Source of the DNA: a plasmid
DNA length: 41,714 bases
NCBI RefSeq assembly: GCF_055900595.2
Contig: NZ_JBVWEU010000004.1
Direction: 5' to 3' (one strand)
This document shows, one piece after another, positions 40,953-41,714 of this stretch. The position numbers were made by a program, and so were the translations under genes. The notes beneath the pieces were generated by a model. It was not told the origin of the DNA and did no database searches. It saw only the letters and a list, made by a program, of their open reading frames with translations. Numbering within the stretch: the stretch's first letter is position 1; the number at the start of each line of letters is the position of its first letter.

Positions 40953-41510
40953 CTTGTTACCTCCTGTTGACCGGATCCCAAGCATAGATATCTGAATTCA
41001 AATTGCCTAGTGAAATGTCTGGATATGCCGCATTTTTCCCCTTATACAGCGAAGCTGGCCAAAGGCCAGCCCGCTTGGATTTATCGCTTTTGCCAGTAAA
41101 TCAGCATGGCAAGGAACAGGATTGTTGCCCCCTGAGAAGCGGTCAGGAAAGTTTCCAGCAATGACATTATCGTAAAACTCCGCATTATTCAGGTGTGTGA
41201 TTCAGGGGCCTTAGTCCCCCTTTTACAGGACGTAGTGTTCTGTCACGACGGAAGCCAGGGTTAATAAAAACGATTCGAATATGTCTGCAGGGACGATAGA
41301 AATCTTCGTGCGGGTTGTCTCGCTGTAGCCGGCTCTGGAGAGCGACTCGGGGGAGGAGTAGTATCTTCCGGCCACGGATATGATCGAGCCAGCAGTGCTC
41401 GCCGCAGTCGAGCGACAGGGCGAAGCCCCGAGTGAGCGAGGAAGCACCAGGGAACAAAACTTATAAATTCTGCTTACGCTCAATGCCTGAAAAATCACCT
41501 CCCCTCGGGG

Positions 41511-41528
41511 TTATCCACTTATCCACGG
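41511..41528. promoter_or_regulatory. Two tandem DnaA boxes (TTATCCACT, TATCCACGG)
   Basis: Seen directly; followed by an AT-rich tract, as in RepE-type origins. Confidence 0.55.
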
Positions 41529-41590
41529 GCATATTTTTATAAAGTACTTTTTTATTCTTTTTCTTTATTTTACATCTTTTAGGGAGCCTG
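41529..41590. promoter_or_regulatory. AT-rich tract (candidate DNA-unwinding element of the origin)
   Basis: About 60 bp of more than 80 percent A+T immediately after the DnaA boxes. Confidence 0.4.
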
Positions 41591-41626
41591 AAAGCCGCGT
41601 ACAGTGCGGCCTGAGAGGGGGCCTGT

Positions 41627-41714
41627 ATGGGCAACTGGTAAACATAATATGGGAAATTAATCACGTATCAGTGGGTTTTGTGTCAACAAGCTATGGGATA
41701 TGCATCAACAAGCT
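41627..41714. repeat. Four 22-bp iteron-like units each starting (A/G)TGGG; a fifth unit would be 1-22 if the sequence is circular
   Basis: ATGGG/GTGGG at 41627, 41649, 41671, 41693, and the window starts ATGGG exactly 22 bp after the last; units 3 and 4 share TCAACAAGCT. Confidence 0.45.

Overview
This window reads as a large multireplicon, F-like enterobacterial resistance plasmid segment; it may be the complete circle, because an iteron-like 22-bp periodicity runs unbroken from the last bases into position 1. All calls come from reading the sequence and the ORF track against remembered protein families and mobile-element ends; no database search was run. Layout: (i) a backbone at 1-5740 with a RepE/RepA-family initiator, eleven 36-bp iterons, a P1-type parA-parB-parS partition module and a LexA-controlled umuDC operon; (ii) a scarred zone at 5740-11700 with a group II intron whose maturase carries an in-frame stop, IS1, the IS1-truncated tail of a second rep gene with its own 37-bp iterons, an IS903-family element, and an orphan HTH-protein gene preceded by eleven 11-bp direct repeats; (iii) a roughly 25.7 kb resistance island (11717-37461) bracketed by inverted IS903 left-end fragments, containing a Tn1721-type tet(A) module, Tn3/Tn2 with blaTEM-1 inserted into the Tn1721 tnpA with a TTGTT duplication, a class 1 integron (intI1, strong Pc, dfrA12-orfF-mosaic aadA-qacH-like) that ends in a sul3 region rather than the usual 3' conserved segment, IS26, and a second group II intron inserted into an IS3-family element and cut off by IS26; (iv) 37503-41714 with vapBC, an uncharacterised three-gene operon ending in a tyrosine recombinase, a small hypothetical gene, and DnaA boxes, an AT-rich tract and iteron-like repeats that lead back to rep. 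The best candidates for something undescribed are the two unknown genes translationally coupled to the recombinase (38720-39864) and the orphan HTH protein with its phased repeat array (10782-11412).
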